From the NCBI GenBank assembly GCA_964016885.1, contig OZ024741.1, positions 198,400,001 to 198,464,000 of the forward strand: a stretch of DNA of 64,000 nucleotides, read 5' to 3'. The translations under genes were made by a program, and so were the position numbers. Below are positions 23,451-35,950 of this stretch, piece after piece (positions within the stretch are counted from its first letter, which is position 1; every line of letters starts with the position of its first letter). The notes under the pieces were generated by a model, which was not told the DNA's origin, ran no database searches, and was given only the letters and a program-made list of their open reading frames with translations. The DNA comes from Eledone cirrhosa. Taxonomy: Eukaryota.

Positions 23451-24249
23451 CTATTTATCATTAAGTATCGAATGTTAATCGACTGAAACAATTAACAAAC
23501 GCTTGCAATATATTCTTAACCCTTTCCATACCAATCCACCCCTCGTGCTACATTACTAAGCCGATTATTTTAAAGTGTTTGTATTTATCATAATTTTATG
23601 TAAGAACCTTCGTTGCGTTATGTTCTTGATGAAAGTTATATTATTCAATCTCTCTAAATGTTTGAGTATTTGAAAATTAGCGTTTGTTTTCATTAGAAAT
23701 ATGGTAAAATCATGATTTCTTTTACAATAGCGTAGCTGCAGGCGAGGGGCTATGAAGAATTAAATTCAAGAGTTGCTCCGGGCAGCACACATTCTAGGTA
23801 CATTATTGTTAATATTCTGCCAAAAGATGTTTTTAAAATTCGTCTTTATTACGAGGCAGGAGGCTTGTGATTGTAGAATGAGGTGAGGGAATTAACGTGT
23901 TATTGGCAGGAATGTGATTAACAAATTCAAAGATTGTCATTGACAACGTCACAGTACTAATGACAACAAGCGTAGACAGACCAGTGATGTCACTAGCGTT
24001 GAACGAGTCATTCGAAAGTGAACCTCCTATTGTAGCAACATGACTGTGTGTGTGTGTAAATTGTGAAGTTACATATAGAGACTTGCATAAATATACAACC
24101 ACACATGGCGTATTATATAAAACTGTATATAGTATGGTAGTGGGATGGGTGGGTAATGAACTGAAATGGGTACTTTTCACTCTACAAAATGCTTCAGCAA
24201 TGCTGGTATAGGTCACTGCTTCCGTCACTCTCGCTCTCCTCATCTTTCA

Positions 24250-25796
24250 CTATTATAAGCAAATGGGGGCCCACGCGCTGGTCGCCCCATGGCCCCGGCG
24301 GACAGAATAGAAAAGGCGTTTCTGCGAAGGATAGTGAGAGAGATCCGTTGGAAGAGCCATTCCAGCTCGCGAGGCTCACACCTGCGGGTAGACAACTCCG
24401 TACCGATGGTGGTTAGTAGGGAGGTGGTCCTAGGGCCAAGGACACCAGAAGTCTCCATTGTTACGGGCTCGACCACAAACCTGTCGGGGGGCCAATATTT
24501 AGAGAGTTTACCCTCAACGGCCCGAAGTGCAGCAGAGCCTGGATTACTCGCAGACTGCACCATGTTGTCGCTGGAGAAAGTGTCGCTGCACATGGCATCC
24601 CAGATGAGGGGTTTACCAGGAAAATGGTTATGCCGTCCCCTCCGTCCAATCCCGTTGGCTCAAGCTTGGAGGGGAAGGCTACAGCATCCAAGCCATGCTT
24701 TATGATCTCGTTGAGAGCAGCATGATGTGGAAGGTGGCCGAAACAGTAGCAACAGGACAGCGGGTGGAGGCCGAAAGAGTCCACGGTGGATACGCAGCAA
24801 CATTTGTGTGGCTCGCAGATCCGGAGGCCGAGCCTCAGGGAAATCCTGATTCGCAGGTTATCATTATCCAGCTGTGTCAATTGAAAAAGAGGGTAAGGCA
24901 TTGAGCCAGGCACCACTGTGGAGTTGCGAGGCAATGCTGGTCGAGCTAGCGCTAGCCTGTCCGAGGCCATGTCACACTGGATGGCATCCCAAATGCTCTG
25001 GGAGCGGCGGATATTTCACGTCGACAGGGAAAAAAGAAGGGACGTTTACTGGGCGGTGTCCGAACCGGTTCCAAGTCTCGCGGGTGGCCTGGCGTTCCTC
25101 GATCACAGTGGTTTCCGTTGTGTTGTAGAGGGAACGGCAAGAGGTTACTATGAAAGAAACGCTGGCAAAGCCAGCAAGACCAGGGACCGGAGACCAAGGC
25201 CACCGTTTCTAATGGAAGAGAGCTGGATGAGCATCAATCTGGCCCAATATACTTGTGAGGGTCGTGAACTGCAGGAACCTGGACCTGGTGGTCGAGCGGA
25301 TCGCCGGCGTGAGGATCAGCAACCCGAAGAGGAGAACATCCTCTTTTGTGGTCATCTGCACCTGACGGAGAATGGATCGCATGTCCGAGACGGTGATGAA
25401 AAGCCCTCTGTGTCATTCACCACCTCCTACTTGGACGAGTTGACCTCAAGGCCGATTCTCGCCAGGGCAGGAACTACCGATCGCAGGTCGTGGCAGACTG
25501 TATCCACGGGCCTACCCAATGTGGCATCATCCAGCTACCAAACGTTGAAAGGGGCTGTGATGCTCCGAGCAATGTAGTCTATCCCGAGAGCAAAGAGGAG
25601 GGTGCCCAAAGGTTCACCCTATCGAACCCCAGTGGCTGAAGGTATGACCGTGTTAGCAGCAAGGAACATACTCAGGGCTCCATATGACGGGTAGGCAGAA
25701 GGAGTAGCGGTCTGATGTCTGCGGGCGGCTCAGGATCTCCTCGGTGTCCTCCAAGGCGACCTCTCTGTCCGCGGCCGATACATCATCCTTGATATA
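24250..25796 (-). mobile_element. CRE-clade-like non-LTR retrotransposon relic (RT plus restriction-like endonuclease)
   Basis: GVR*GEPLGTLLFALGID...W*LDDATLG...IGLEVNSSK (RT), then CCC..FGLHPLSC..HAALNEII and METSGVLGP...LFQRISL (REL endonuclease). Confidence 0.8.
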
Positions 25797-26480
25797 CCAC
25801 ACCAATGTCGCTGCGGATCCACCGTAGACCCTTTCGGTCTCCACCCGCTTTCTTGTTGCCACAGTGCCGGCCGCCTTCCACGCCATGCTGCCCTCAACGA
25901 GGTCATAAAGCATGGCTTGGACGCTGCAGGCTTGCCTTCCCACCTCGAGCCAGTGGGGTTGGACCGAGGGGACGGCAAAAGGCCAGATGGCATGACCATC
26001 TTTCCGTTCCGCGGTGGTAAACCTCTCGTCTGGGATGCCACCTGCACCGACACTTTCTGCAGCCGCAACCTGGTGCAGTCTGCAATTAACCCGGGTTCTG
26101 CTGCGCGTCGGGCTGAGGAGGCTAAACTCCTCAAATACCGGTCGCTCTCCGACAGGTTTGCAGTTGTACCCCCTGGCGGTGGAGACATCTGGTGTCCTTG
26201 GCCCTAGGGCTACCTCCCTACTCACCACCATAGGCGCTGAGCTGGCCAGCCGCAGGTGTGAGCCCCGCGAGTTGGAGTGGCTTTTCCAGCGCGTCTCCCT
26301 TGCTGTCCTCCGGGGAAACACCTCCATTCTGATCGGCGGGGCTGTGGAGGAGCCCCATCGCACATCATTCCATATTTAGTTGTGGTCGGCGTGTGTGTGT
26401 TTGTATATATCGCTTTTGTTTTCATTCAGCATCATGTCATTCTTCATTGCTTTTCTCTACTTTATTAAAAATAAAATAAT
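25797..26480 (+). mobile_element. CRE-clade-like retrotransposon 3' fragment (Zn-knuckle plus REL endonuclease)
   Basis: CRCGSTVDPFGLHPLSC..RHAALNEV..KRPDGMTIFPF..LVWDATC..KY..(frameshift)VETSG..LFQRVSLAVLRGN, followed by an A-rich 3' end. Confidence 0.82.
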
Positions 26481-26706
26481 CACACTGTTTTCCTTCGGCT
26501 GCAACGTTTTTCGAAATATTTAAAAAAAAAAAAAAAAAAAAAGATGTTATGTATTTATTTATTTATATACACAGATTATCTTATTGAGACAGATGTACAA
26601 ACGTGTTTGTGTATGTTTTCATGTAGGCATATCACATAGTGTGTGTGTGATATGAGTGTAATTATTAACAGGTGTAAATATATATCAATATGTAATTTTG
26701 CTATAC

Positions 26707-26887
26707 GGTGGATTGGCAGTATCAGTAGAGGGTCGGACGCCATGCTTTCCAGCATAGTTACGTCCCTTTACAATCTGAGTTCAAATCCCGCCGAGGTTGA
26801 CTTTGCCTTTCATCCTTACGGGGTCGATAAAATAAAGTACCAGTAATGCACTGGGTATTTGCTGGCCTTGTGCCTAAAGTAGAAACC
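26707..26887 (+). mobile_element. tRNA-derived SINE family A with TSD
   Basis: Family A consensus, flanked on both sides by AATATGTAATTTTGCTAT. Confidence 0.9.
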
Positions 26888-27044
26888 AATATGTAATTTT
26901 GCTATGTTGTCATTATCGAAGCAAGTTACTTAATAAAAGTATTGAAGTAGCGGCTATTGTTTATCGTTCATTCACTACGGTATTCCACACAGCACTTTGT
27001 ATGTTATTCATAGTCTTGAGGTTCGGACGTTAAACAATTTAACC

Positions 27045-27240
27045 GCTGTCCAAGCTCAGGAGCTGAGCTGCAAGCCTGCAGATTTATTCAGTAAATATTT
27101 GCTCTGTCTTTACCTGCTATTCCTTCAGAAATGTCCAGCCTACCTCAACCTGACGCAATTACAGTAACATCATTCGCATATGCTCTACATATTTCTGAAG
27201 CTCGTAACATTGACGGAATTTTACTTGATAGTTGCCCTTT
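27045..27240 (-). mobile_element. Degenerate L1/Tx1-like RT fragment
   Basis: The minus strand reads AYANDVTVIASG ... NKSAGLQL, resembling the YADD region of Tx1-type RTs. Confidence 0.45.
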
Positions 27241-27289
27241 GGAATTTATGTGGCAACAAAAGAATGCTGATTTTCCCCTTTAATATAAG

Positions 27290-27562
27290 CAATGAAATGT
27301 TTAATTAATTGCACTTCACTTCATTTCCCATCCTCCATAGACAACTGCACTAATGCTCTCCACTGGCTCCCCCCCCCCTCTCCACGACTCTGCACACCAC
27401 CAGCGTCTCCTTGGTCTCTCTCTCGAACTTCTGCCATATATGCGTCCCTCCAGTAACATGGCCAAAATATTGTAGCTATCACTTTGTTATGGTCGCAACC
27501 ATCTGCCTCTCTGTTCCTATCTCCTCCAGGACCGACTCGTTAGTTTTGTGATCCATCCAGTT
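27290..27562 (-). mobile_element. RTE-clade LINE 3' fragment
   Basis: WMDHKTNESVLEEIG...LQYFGHV...EGRIYG..RPRRRW. Confidence 0.7.
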
Positions 27563-28120
27563 GACGTGCATCAGTTTATTAACATCGGTGTTTTTCAGTG
27601 TCATGGTTTCACAACAATACAGTACAATAATTGCGGTCATATAATATCTTTATTTTTCCACTTAACGTGCGGTCATATAACAGAAAAAGATCCATATAAT
27701 CCCAATCAATCCCTGCCTAACCACCACCGCAGTCATGACTGGAACCAACGACTCCTGCAGATTCGATCCTGTCACTCCTGATGAACTCAGACAATTGTAA
27801 ATATACACACACAAAAAAACCCCCAACAGAATGAAAAGCTGGATTTTTTTATCGGTGTTTATATTATATATAACAAAAATCGTTGATGACCTATTAATGC
27901 TAACAAAGAAAATGCTTGTGTCAATGAGTTAGCAAAATAAGTTGGGAATTTCCATTTTGTCACACGTTTCTATCAAACACACGCACACCCCACATTCATA
28001 TGTTAATAGGTGTAATGTATATTTTTTCCTGAATATTATTTGTATTAAATACGTGTACAAAATACTGTGTTTCTAAAACGATATATAACTCGTTCTCTCT
28101 AAATATAGCTTTTAAATTTG

Positions 28121-28178
<58 letters not shown>

Positions 28179-28894
28179 ATATACATGTACTTATACAATT
28201 GTATAACACACACACACACACAAATATACGTACATGCATACATATAAACATACGCACACACACACACATAGAGAGAGAGGGAGTGTGTGTGTGAGAAAGA
28301 GATGTAAAATCCCGACCGCAGCGCCTGACCATATATGTATTACTTTAATTATATTGTATAAATAACATTACAAATTGTTTATATTTCTTGCAGAATTAAA
28401 ATATAAGCCCAGATAATTAAATGCAATTAGTTATTGCAAGGAACCTCACAAATATAATGATATATACTATAGCCACAATGCCAGCAATTTTAGGGGAAGT
28501 GAAGTCAATTAACTCAAACTCTGTTCTTTACTGGTACTTTATTTTATCGACCCCGTATGGATGAAAAGTAAAGCTAACCTCACAAATATAATGCACAAAA
28601 AATATATGAACAAAGCAAGAGAAAAGGAAAAAAAAAAAAAGAAAGAAAAAACAAACATAAACAACCATCAATTCACCACCAAGTGTAACAAAAAGCCACA
28701 CACCATAAGGGTCAACAGGAAATGTTGAGGCAAGGCAACACGCTCGCAGCATTACCACAGTTGATGGCGAGGCTAAGGTGCTGAAACAACTAAGCACCCT
28801 CACGGACATCACCTGACATCTCGGTAAGGGGAGCTGCCAGCAATAACAAGAACTTCGCTACCAGTGGCCCAACGCTACCAGAATGACACACTGG

Positions 28895-29092
28895 AAAAGT
28901 GACTTAAAAGCTGAAACTGAAGCGCTTATTTTTGCAGCCCAAGAACAGGCACTGAGAACAAACTATATCAAGTTCTATGTTGACAAGCCAGTGAATTCCC
29001 CACTTTCTAGGCTGTGTGGTGAGAAAGGTTAGACAATAAACCACATTAGTAGTGAATGTAAGAGCTTGCTCAGAAAGAGTACAAGAGAAGGA
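28895..29092 (+). mobile_element. R4/Dong-like non-LTR fragment (C-terminal CCHC region)
   Basis: LKAETEALIFAAQEQALRTNY...RLCGEKG*TINHISSEC..AQKEYKRR. Confidence 0.7.
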
Positions 29093-29104
29093 ACAACATT
29101 GCCA

Positions 29105-29305
29105 CATTGGTTGTCCACAATTTAAGCTAGTTGACTACACAGACCACAAATTTGTGATCTGTGTGGTCAATCTAGATAGGCACCATAGAGAGGGACCTGG
29201 CTACTGGAAACTGAATGCATCGCTCCTGGTGCACAAAGCCTAGAGATCAGATTAGTTAAGCAGGCATTGATGGGGGCAGTCGTCAATAACAAATGGTGGT
29301 TTTGG
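29105..29305 (+). mobile_element. L1/Tx1 endonuclease C-terminal fragment
   Basis: YTDHKFV...GPGYWKLNASLL. Confidence 0.7.
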
Positions 29306-29899
29306 TAGTTTTTGAGCTGTTTAAATAAGCCTTAAAAATTTGTTGACATCACTTTCTTATGCACACGTTTTAAGTTTATTTTCAAATCTATAACCTAAAA
29401 GGGCTTAGGGTTAAAATATTTTTCAATATTATAAGTCATACATCAACTTCAGAGGTTGATAGCTTTAGTTTACTTACATATAATTTTACCAGTAATGTTA
29501 AATTATTTAATAATTTGGCTTTATTAATCATCTGCAACTCAAATAACTTATTCTGACACTGTATTTCATCCATTCAAGGTCAATAAAAAAAGTATCTGTG
29601 TAGTTCTGGGGTCGATGCTTCCTCTATATCTCTTTCTTACTTCCCCTCTCTCACTCTCTATCCTTATCTGGAAGAAATCTGCTGCATTCAGTCCTGGAGA
29701 GAGGATGGGCTCCACCAGGTTTTAAAAAATGCCCTAAACGCCATATGTCAATATGGCACCCTTACAACTCCCTCAGGAGTTACAATTCCATACCATACCA
29801 TTTCATCAAGAATGAGATGCATAAATACAAACTATGCCAAGTTGTTTTTATGAGAATATATTTCATAAAAGATTTCAGTCATCATTATCATCAACATCA

Positions 29900-30170
29900 T
29901 AATTTAAAAATGGGTTTTTCTTCATTTACTGGTGCCACGACAAAGTTCCTCTTCCAGCTCACCCTGTCTACCATTGCCATCTAAATTTCCCCTGCCTCCA
30001 ACCCAGACTCATTGCCAAGAACACCTTTCAGTGTGGTGGTAGGTCTCCCAGCTCATTTGCACATGTCAGGTTTCCAGAAAAGAACTCTGCCAACAGGTTC
30101 ATTGTGATGTTTCACATGTCCAGCTAATGTGAGCCTCCTTTGCCTTATGATGTCAGAAAGGTGAAGGTGT
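29900..30170 (-). mobile_element. Old RTE-like LINE 3' fragment
   Basis: IRQRRLTLAGHV...VLFWKP...GRPTTTL with a GAT-type tail. Confidence 0.55.
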
Positions 30171-31129
30171 GAGCATTAGAGTGATATATTCACAACATGG
30201 GTTTTGAATTCAAGCAACTGGGTTATCATTTTTCCCACAATTAGTTTAATAATTAACCACCTAGTTTTTTGCAATTTATAGAAATTTTTAATGGGTTTTT
30301 CCAGTCATTAATAAGTTATCTGTCTAAATGATGATATAGAAAACCATTTGTGTGTTTCTGAAATTCCAATCATTCTGGTAAACTGTCAGCAAAAGTTATT
30401 GTTAACTGAAGTGAGTGACATACACATCAACATCATCATCACCATTTAACATATATTATCCATCCTTGCATGGATTAAACTAGCTGCCACACTAGAGGCA
30501 AGACAGGCAGGGGACCACATCTTGCTCATACAATTCATTTGGGGCTTGGTTTTCTACAGTTGGATGCCCTTCCTAATGCCAACCACTTTATGGTGTGTAC
30601 TTGGAGCTTTTTTTCATGGGTGAACTGGATGCTTTTTGTCATGCACTGGCACAATCACCTTGCAGGGTATAAATTACATATCTAATTAAAATAATTAAAG
30701 GAACTTTTAAATAATTTTTGTGATATTCATGTGAATGGTATCAATGGTGCTGTCATTTATAACATTTTGTGGGTGGTTAGCAAAATAGAAAGTGTTGCCG
30801 TTAAGATCTTGGTACATTTTCCTTATAAGCATGTGTTTTATTCACATATCCGTCTAATGAAATAAAAATAAAAAAAAACATTTTATATAATTTCCTGTTG
30901 TTGTTAATTCACTCACTGAGAATGTTTAGTATCAAATTAAACCAGTGTGTGTCTCCAGTAACAGCAACTGTTATCCAGATGGGTTCTATTGAGGAATCAA
31001 TCGTGTAGAGAGGGTTCTCCCAACCTTTCAATACACACTGTAGTCCTCAAAGAGATTCTTAACTTATAATTAGGAAATCAGAGCAAATATGAAGAAATCT
31101 TTGCAACTTAGGGTTGTATATATATATAT

Positions 31130-31202
<73 letters not shown>

Positions 31203-31203
<1 letters not shown>

Positions 31204-32060
31204 TAGCAGTGTATGCCAGCAATGCACGGGTAAGAACATTGGTAATAGCACCTCCAATGAGAAACGTTTATTTGTGAGTGCTTGTTAAAAACTCAGGAAA
31301 ATATACCGACAGGAAACTTGTTTTATTTGGAGAAAATTAAGAAGTTGAAAGTACAGTTTAGCCGTCTACGTGCATTCATCATCATCATCATCATCAACGT
31401 TTAACGTCCGTGTTCCACGCTTGCATGGGTTTGGACGGGGGTAGTCCCACTTGAGGCAAGAGTGATTGTCTTGCTCGCATAGGACTGTCTGGCAGGTTTT
31501 CTACAGTTGGATGCCCTTCCTAACACCAACCACATTTACAGTGTGCATTGTTCATAGAAATATTCTTTTCATACTCCTCTGTTTTGGCCTATTGGAGTAA
31601 ATGTGAAAAAGAAAGTCACAGGTTAAGTTGGCAGAAGGTTCCAGTGTCATAGCAGTAAGGTGTAGGCTACTTATCTCAAAAGTTCATTCGCACACTTTCC
31701 ACTAAGTTACTCTTTCTCTCTATCCCTCTCGGTGCAGTCCCTTGTGAATTTCTCGCGTAAGCCTGGTGTAGATTTGCACCCGATCCATCTACCCGATGCA
31801 CATGTCCGCTTTGTACAGCTTTTGGAGGAAGGAGTGACCAGCAGTACGTTGTTCGGTATTATTACGAAAAGGTGTAGCAGAGAATCCCACGTGAACTAAC
31901 AGCTCGGGAGGAAACTGCTTACCTCGAAGATTCATTCGCCATCGTTCTTGTCAACGCTCCGTTTACTTGGTATTTGTTGGTCTACAGTTAGATGAATGGC
32001 GCACAAAGGGTTTATTGGCAAGAAGTTTTTTTAATAATAAAAGACGGGTTAAAGCGACCT
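31203..32060 (-). mobile_element. Probable Helitron (3' end clear, 5' end unresolved) with an RTE tail inserted at about 31376-31545
   Basis: The minus strand ends ACCCGTGCATTGCTGGCATACACTGCTAG|T next to a (TA)n tract. Confidence 0.4.
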
Positions 32061-32068
32061 ACAATGTA

Positions 32069-32108
<40 letters not shown>

Positions 32109-32868
32109 CAGGGTGCGGACAATATTTGTTCGCAATATTACTGTCTAGGAAAAAATAACACAGTAGTTTTATTTTTTAAGATATATTTATCAAACTTGGG
32201 TCAGTTTGTCTTCATGACTTGTTCTTTTGATCTCACTCGATAAACCTGCCATTGGCTTTGATGACGGCCTCAAGGCGGCCTTGGAACCGGCTACAGGTCT
32301 TCGTCACCGTCCCCTGACTTAGGCCCCTAAAGGCACTTGTGATCCTGGCCTTCAGATCATCTTTCGTATTGGTGTCTCGTTCCACTGCACCCCACACAAA
32401 GAAGTCGAGGGGGTTGCAGTCAGGCAAGCTGGGAGGCCATATGTCAGGTGAAGTGTGGTCGACAAAGTTCTCTGACAGCCAGGCTTTGGTCTTTCGGCTG
32501 GTATGGCAGGGTGCTGAGTCTTGCTGCCACACGTATGGCCTACCTACAGCTACCTGGTCGATCCAGGGCTTTACTACCTCGCTCAGAACGCGGATGTAGC
32601 CATTCGTGTTCAGCTTGAGGCCCTCAGGGAAGAAGTGAGGTGGCATGACGTCACCTTGACTGCTGACGACACCTAAGACCAAACGTTGTTGCTGGAAACT
32701 TTGTCTGCATGACTCTGGACACGTCTTTGGATGAGACACCATTCTCCTGCTGACGCTGAGAAAGTCTGAAATTTCCTTATTTGTCCTCCTGGCACGGATT
32801 CCAAGAAGAACTCTGTGTCTCTTCCACAAATTTGGAGGTTCAAAATTGCGAACAAATATCGTCCGCAC

Positions 32869-32871
<3 letters not shown>
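32109..32871 (-). mobile_element. Internally deleted DD37D (maT) Tc1/mariner transposon
   Basis: TIRs CAGGGTGCGGAC(A/G)ATATTTGTTCGCAAT at both ends, set in (TA)n. In QQDSAPCH...PDCNPLD there are 37 residues between the last two Asp. Confidence 0.9.
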
Positions 32872-32920
<49 letters not shown>

Positions 32921-32923
<3 letters not shown>

Positions 32924-33088
32924 GGTGCGGACGATATTTGTTCGCAATTTTCAACTGCTAATTTTATGCAAATTTTTTTTACTTCCATTGTCACTCTTGT
33001 CTTCATAAAAACAGTGACTATATTTCCATTATTTATTTTCAGAATAATTGATTATGAATAATTTTGAACCTCCAAATTTGTGGAAGAG
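32921..33088 (+). mobile_element. 5' end of a second copy of the same mariner family
   Basis: Same TIR, then a 5' UTR and the ATG start MNNFEPPNLWKR. Confidence 0.8.
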
Positions 33089-33179
33089 TTCACTTGAAGC
33101 ATTGTGTAATGAGGTATAAACGTTTGTATATGTATAATAAAGCCAAAACAATGCAAGTATGGACATAGAATAAAGAATG

Positions 33180-35950
33180 CAAATGCAAAAGATATTGTTG
33201 ACAATTAGTCTTTTACCTTAGATTTATTTAAATGTCCTAAATTTTCGAGATAATATCTCTTCTTCAGAGGGAAGTAAAGTTGTTAAACCAGTGTTCTAAA
33301 TAGCTTGCCAAGTCATGCTGACAGGAAATGGTATAGAGCAAAGGTTCTCAACGGGGGGCATATGCACCCCCTGGGGGCGTTTCGGAGCAAGGTCGCGTTA
33401 GGGGGGCGTTTGGAGCTGGGGGAGGGAGGTTAGGGGGTGCTGGAAGGCTCTTTATTTTGGTAAGTTTTATAAGCCATATTTGTATGTCTTTGAGACAGCC
33501 AGTGTGAATGCATTTTAATGAGCTTGCAGACAGCATAACTATAGTCTGACCATAGCTGTGAGCAGGTGTCTGGTAATTGAGACGTTAACCGGTAATTGAG
33601 ATCCTAAAAATGGAAAAACCCACAGTCAACTTGGTCAAAGACACTTTGAGCGCAGCCAGTTAGAATCTTATTTTTCCTTCACCGATAACAATGTATTTCA
33701 TGTCTGAAATTATTGACTCAACCGTAACGAGTTAACACTATATAGATCTATTTTATTCCCTATTGTGTAAATAATATTACAAATAAAAAAAAAGAAAAGA
33801 AAAAGCAGAAGCGAGTAGCACACACATCTAGGACCACATACAACACATAATCAGATAATACACACATCTTTGGAATATTGTTAATCAATTTTTTAGTAAT
33901 CTACTGATATAAAAATCAGTAGTATATTGAAAAATTGAAAAATAGGGGGGGGGGGAGGCGTTTCGTGATTTCGAGGGACAAAAGGGGGCGTTTGGCCTAA
34001 ATGGGTTGAGAACCTGTGGTATAGAGTTTCTGTTCTATCTCTAATGTCAAAGAGTTAAGATTAGGTGGATAAAGAGTAGTCTCCCTTTAAGAGGGGTTTG
34101 TTTTTGTTTTTGTTTTTTGGTTTTTATACATGCCTGTTTAAGTGTGTGGGAGAATGCATGAAGGTGTAAGTATGTGTGTGTGAGTGTGAGAAGATATGTC
34201 TATACGTAAATGTGGGGATAGATGTTATCTCGTGTTAGAACTGGTTTTGTGTGTGTATGTGTGAGAGAATAAGTGGAGGTGTAAGCGTGTGTGTGTGGGG
34301 GGGGGGGTAAATATGGGGCTAGGAGCTCTATCAAGTTATAAATTGGGTGTTGAGTTCTAGTCTATTATTAATTGCTGGTTGTGTTTTGTCTATAATTAGT
34401 GCTTCCTTAATTCTAAGATTGCTGAGGTTTCTTTCCTTAGTTTCTATCCTAACTGTTATGGTTTTGTCGGTGTTTTTGCATTTAACTAGGTGTTTCTTAA
34501 ATGAGGAAGCGTTAGTATTGAGGTGTTCTTTTATTCTTATGTGGAGTGGTCTGGTGGTGCTACTTACGTAGAAGTTGTTGCATTTGTCACACTCTAGTCT
34601 GTATACGACGTAAGCCTGGTGGCATAGGTCTGTGTCGTTGATGGGGCAGTTGGCTAGTCTGCAGCAGTTGTCATGTCTGGTGGAGTGTCTTTTGGTTAGC
34701 TGACCGCGTAGAGAAGGACCTGAGTGGGCCAGTTGGATATCTTGTCCTTCTCGTCTGATAGCTCTGCGGATGGCTGTTGTTTCTTCACTGAAGTGTGGGA
34801 GCTTCAGGAATCAAGTGTTAGTGCCTCGGGTGTGGTGTACTCTGTTCTTTCTGGCACGGTTTGTGGTGGATGTCGTGTATCCATTCAGTTTGAGTACTTC
34901 CAGGAAATGTGTGGTGTGTGTGTCTCGGTCTCTGGCGTCGGTGCATTTGTTCCGGATACGTGCCAGTTCGCTCCTTATGTATCCGAACTTGGCACCGAGT
35001 GGGAAGGCCGATCTGAAATGTACGAACAGGTCCCTGCTGGCGGCTTTTTTATAGAAGCAGGTGTGGATGTTGCCTTCCTCTGTTACCCTGAGTTGGAAGT
35101 CCAGTAGGGATAGGGATCCGCGGTCATCGGGGTGTTCCATGCTGAACTTTATACTGGCGTCCATGCTGGAGAATGTTGTGTATATTTTATCTGCCTCCTC
35201 ACGGGATGATGTAAGGATGAGTATGTCATCTACATATCGGGTGAAGAAGGTATGGGAATGGCAGGTGTTGAGGGCTCGGCATTCTAGCTGGTTCATGTAG
35301 GTGATGGCCAGCAGGCCCGATAGGCTGGATCCCATGGGTAATCCTGTTGTCTGTCTGTATGTGTGGTGGTGGAAGGTGAAGTACGTGTTGTCTACTGTGA
35401 AGGACAAAAGCTGGTGTATGTCCGTTGGGTGGAGGCCGTAGCAGTGGATGTCCTCTGTGACCACGCAGTCCGTCAATAAACCGACAGTTGGATGAGCGGG
35501 GACTGTAGTGTAGAGGGAGACAACGTCGAGGCTAAAGGCATATCTATTTAGTTTAAGTTGTTCTGGCTGGAGTTGGTGTAGTCTACGTATAACTTCGTCG
35601 GAGCTACTGACATGCCCGGGAAAGGTGAAGAGTAGAGGCTTGAGGACCTGGGAGAGGAGCCAGGAAATTTTGTATAGGGGTCCTTCTATGCTAGAGACGA
35701 TGGGTCTTATTTGCGTATTAGTGCTATTCTTGTGGGACTTGATGAGGTGGTAGAAAGTGGGCAGTCTGCTATTTCTAGTGGTGTAGTTGAGATTAACTTT
35801 ATTTGGAAGTTGTCTTCTCCTACAGATATCGAACCAGATGGAGTTGGTCTGTTTTTCGATCTGGGCTGCAGTCATGTCCGGGATCTCTGTGTATAATTCA
35901 TTGTCGCTTAGGTGTTCAAAGACTAGGTTGTTGTATGCATACAACTACAC
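33180..35950 (-). mobile_element. Penelope-like element (RT plus GIY-YIG), 5'-truncated
   Basis: RT motifs RPIVS, SLDVVSLYT, GLPMGS and RYVDD. GIY-YIG VVYRLECDKCNNFYVSSTTRPLHIRIKEH...EALII..PAIN ends near 34331. A hammerhead-like motif lies in the 3' pLTR region. Confidence 0.9.
33339..34018. mobile_element. hAT-type non-autonomous transposon nested in the PLE
   Basis: TIRs CAAAGGTTCTCAAC / GTTGAGAACCTGTG with a perfect 8-bp TSD GTATAGAG (33331-33338 and 34019-34026). Confidence 0.9.

Noticed and set aside
27131-27283. 50-codon ORF after an acceptor-like TTCCTTCAG
   Set aside because: No recognisable protein. The opposite strand is better explained as a decayed Tx1-like RT.
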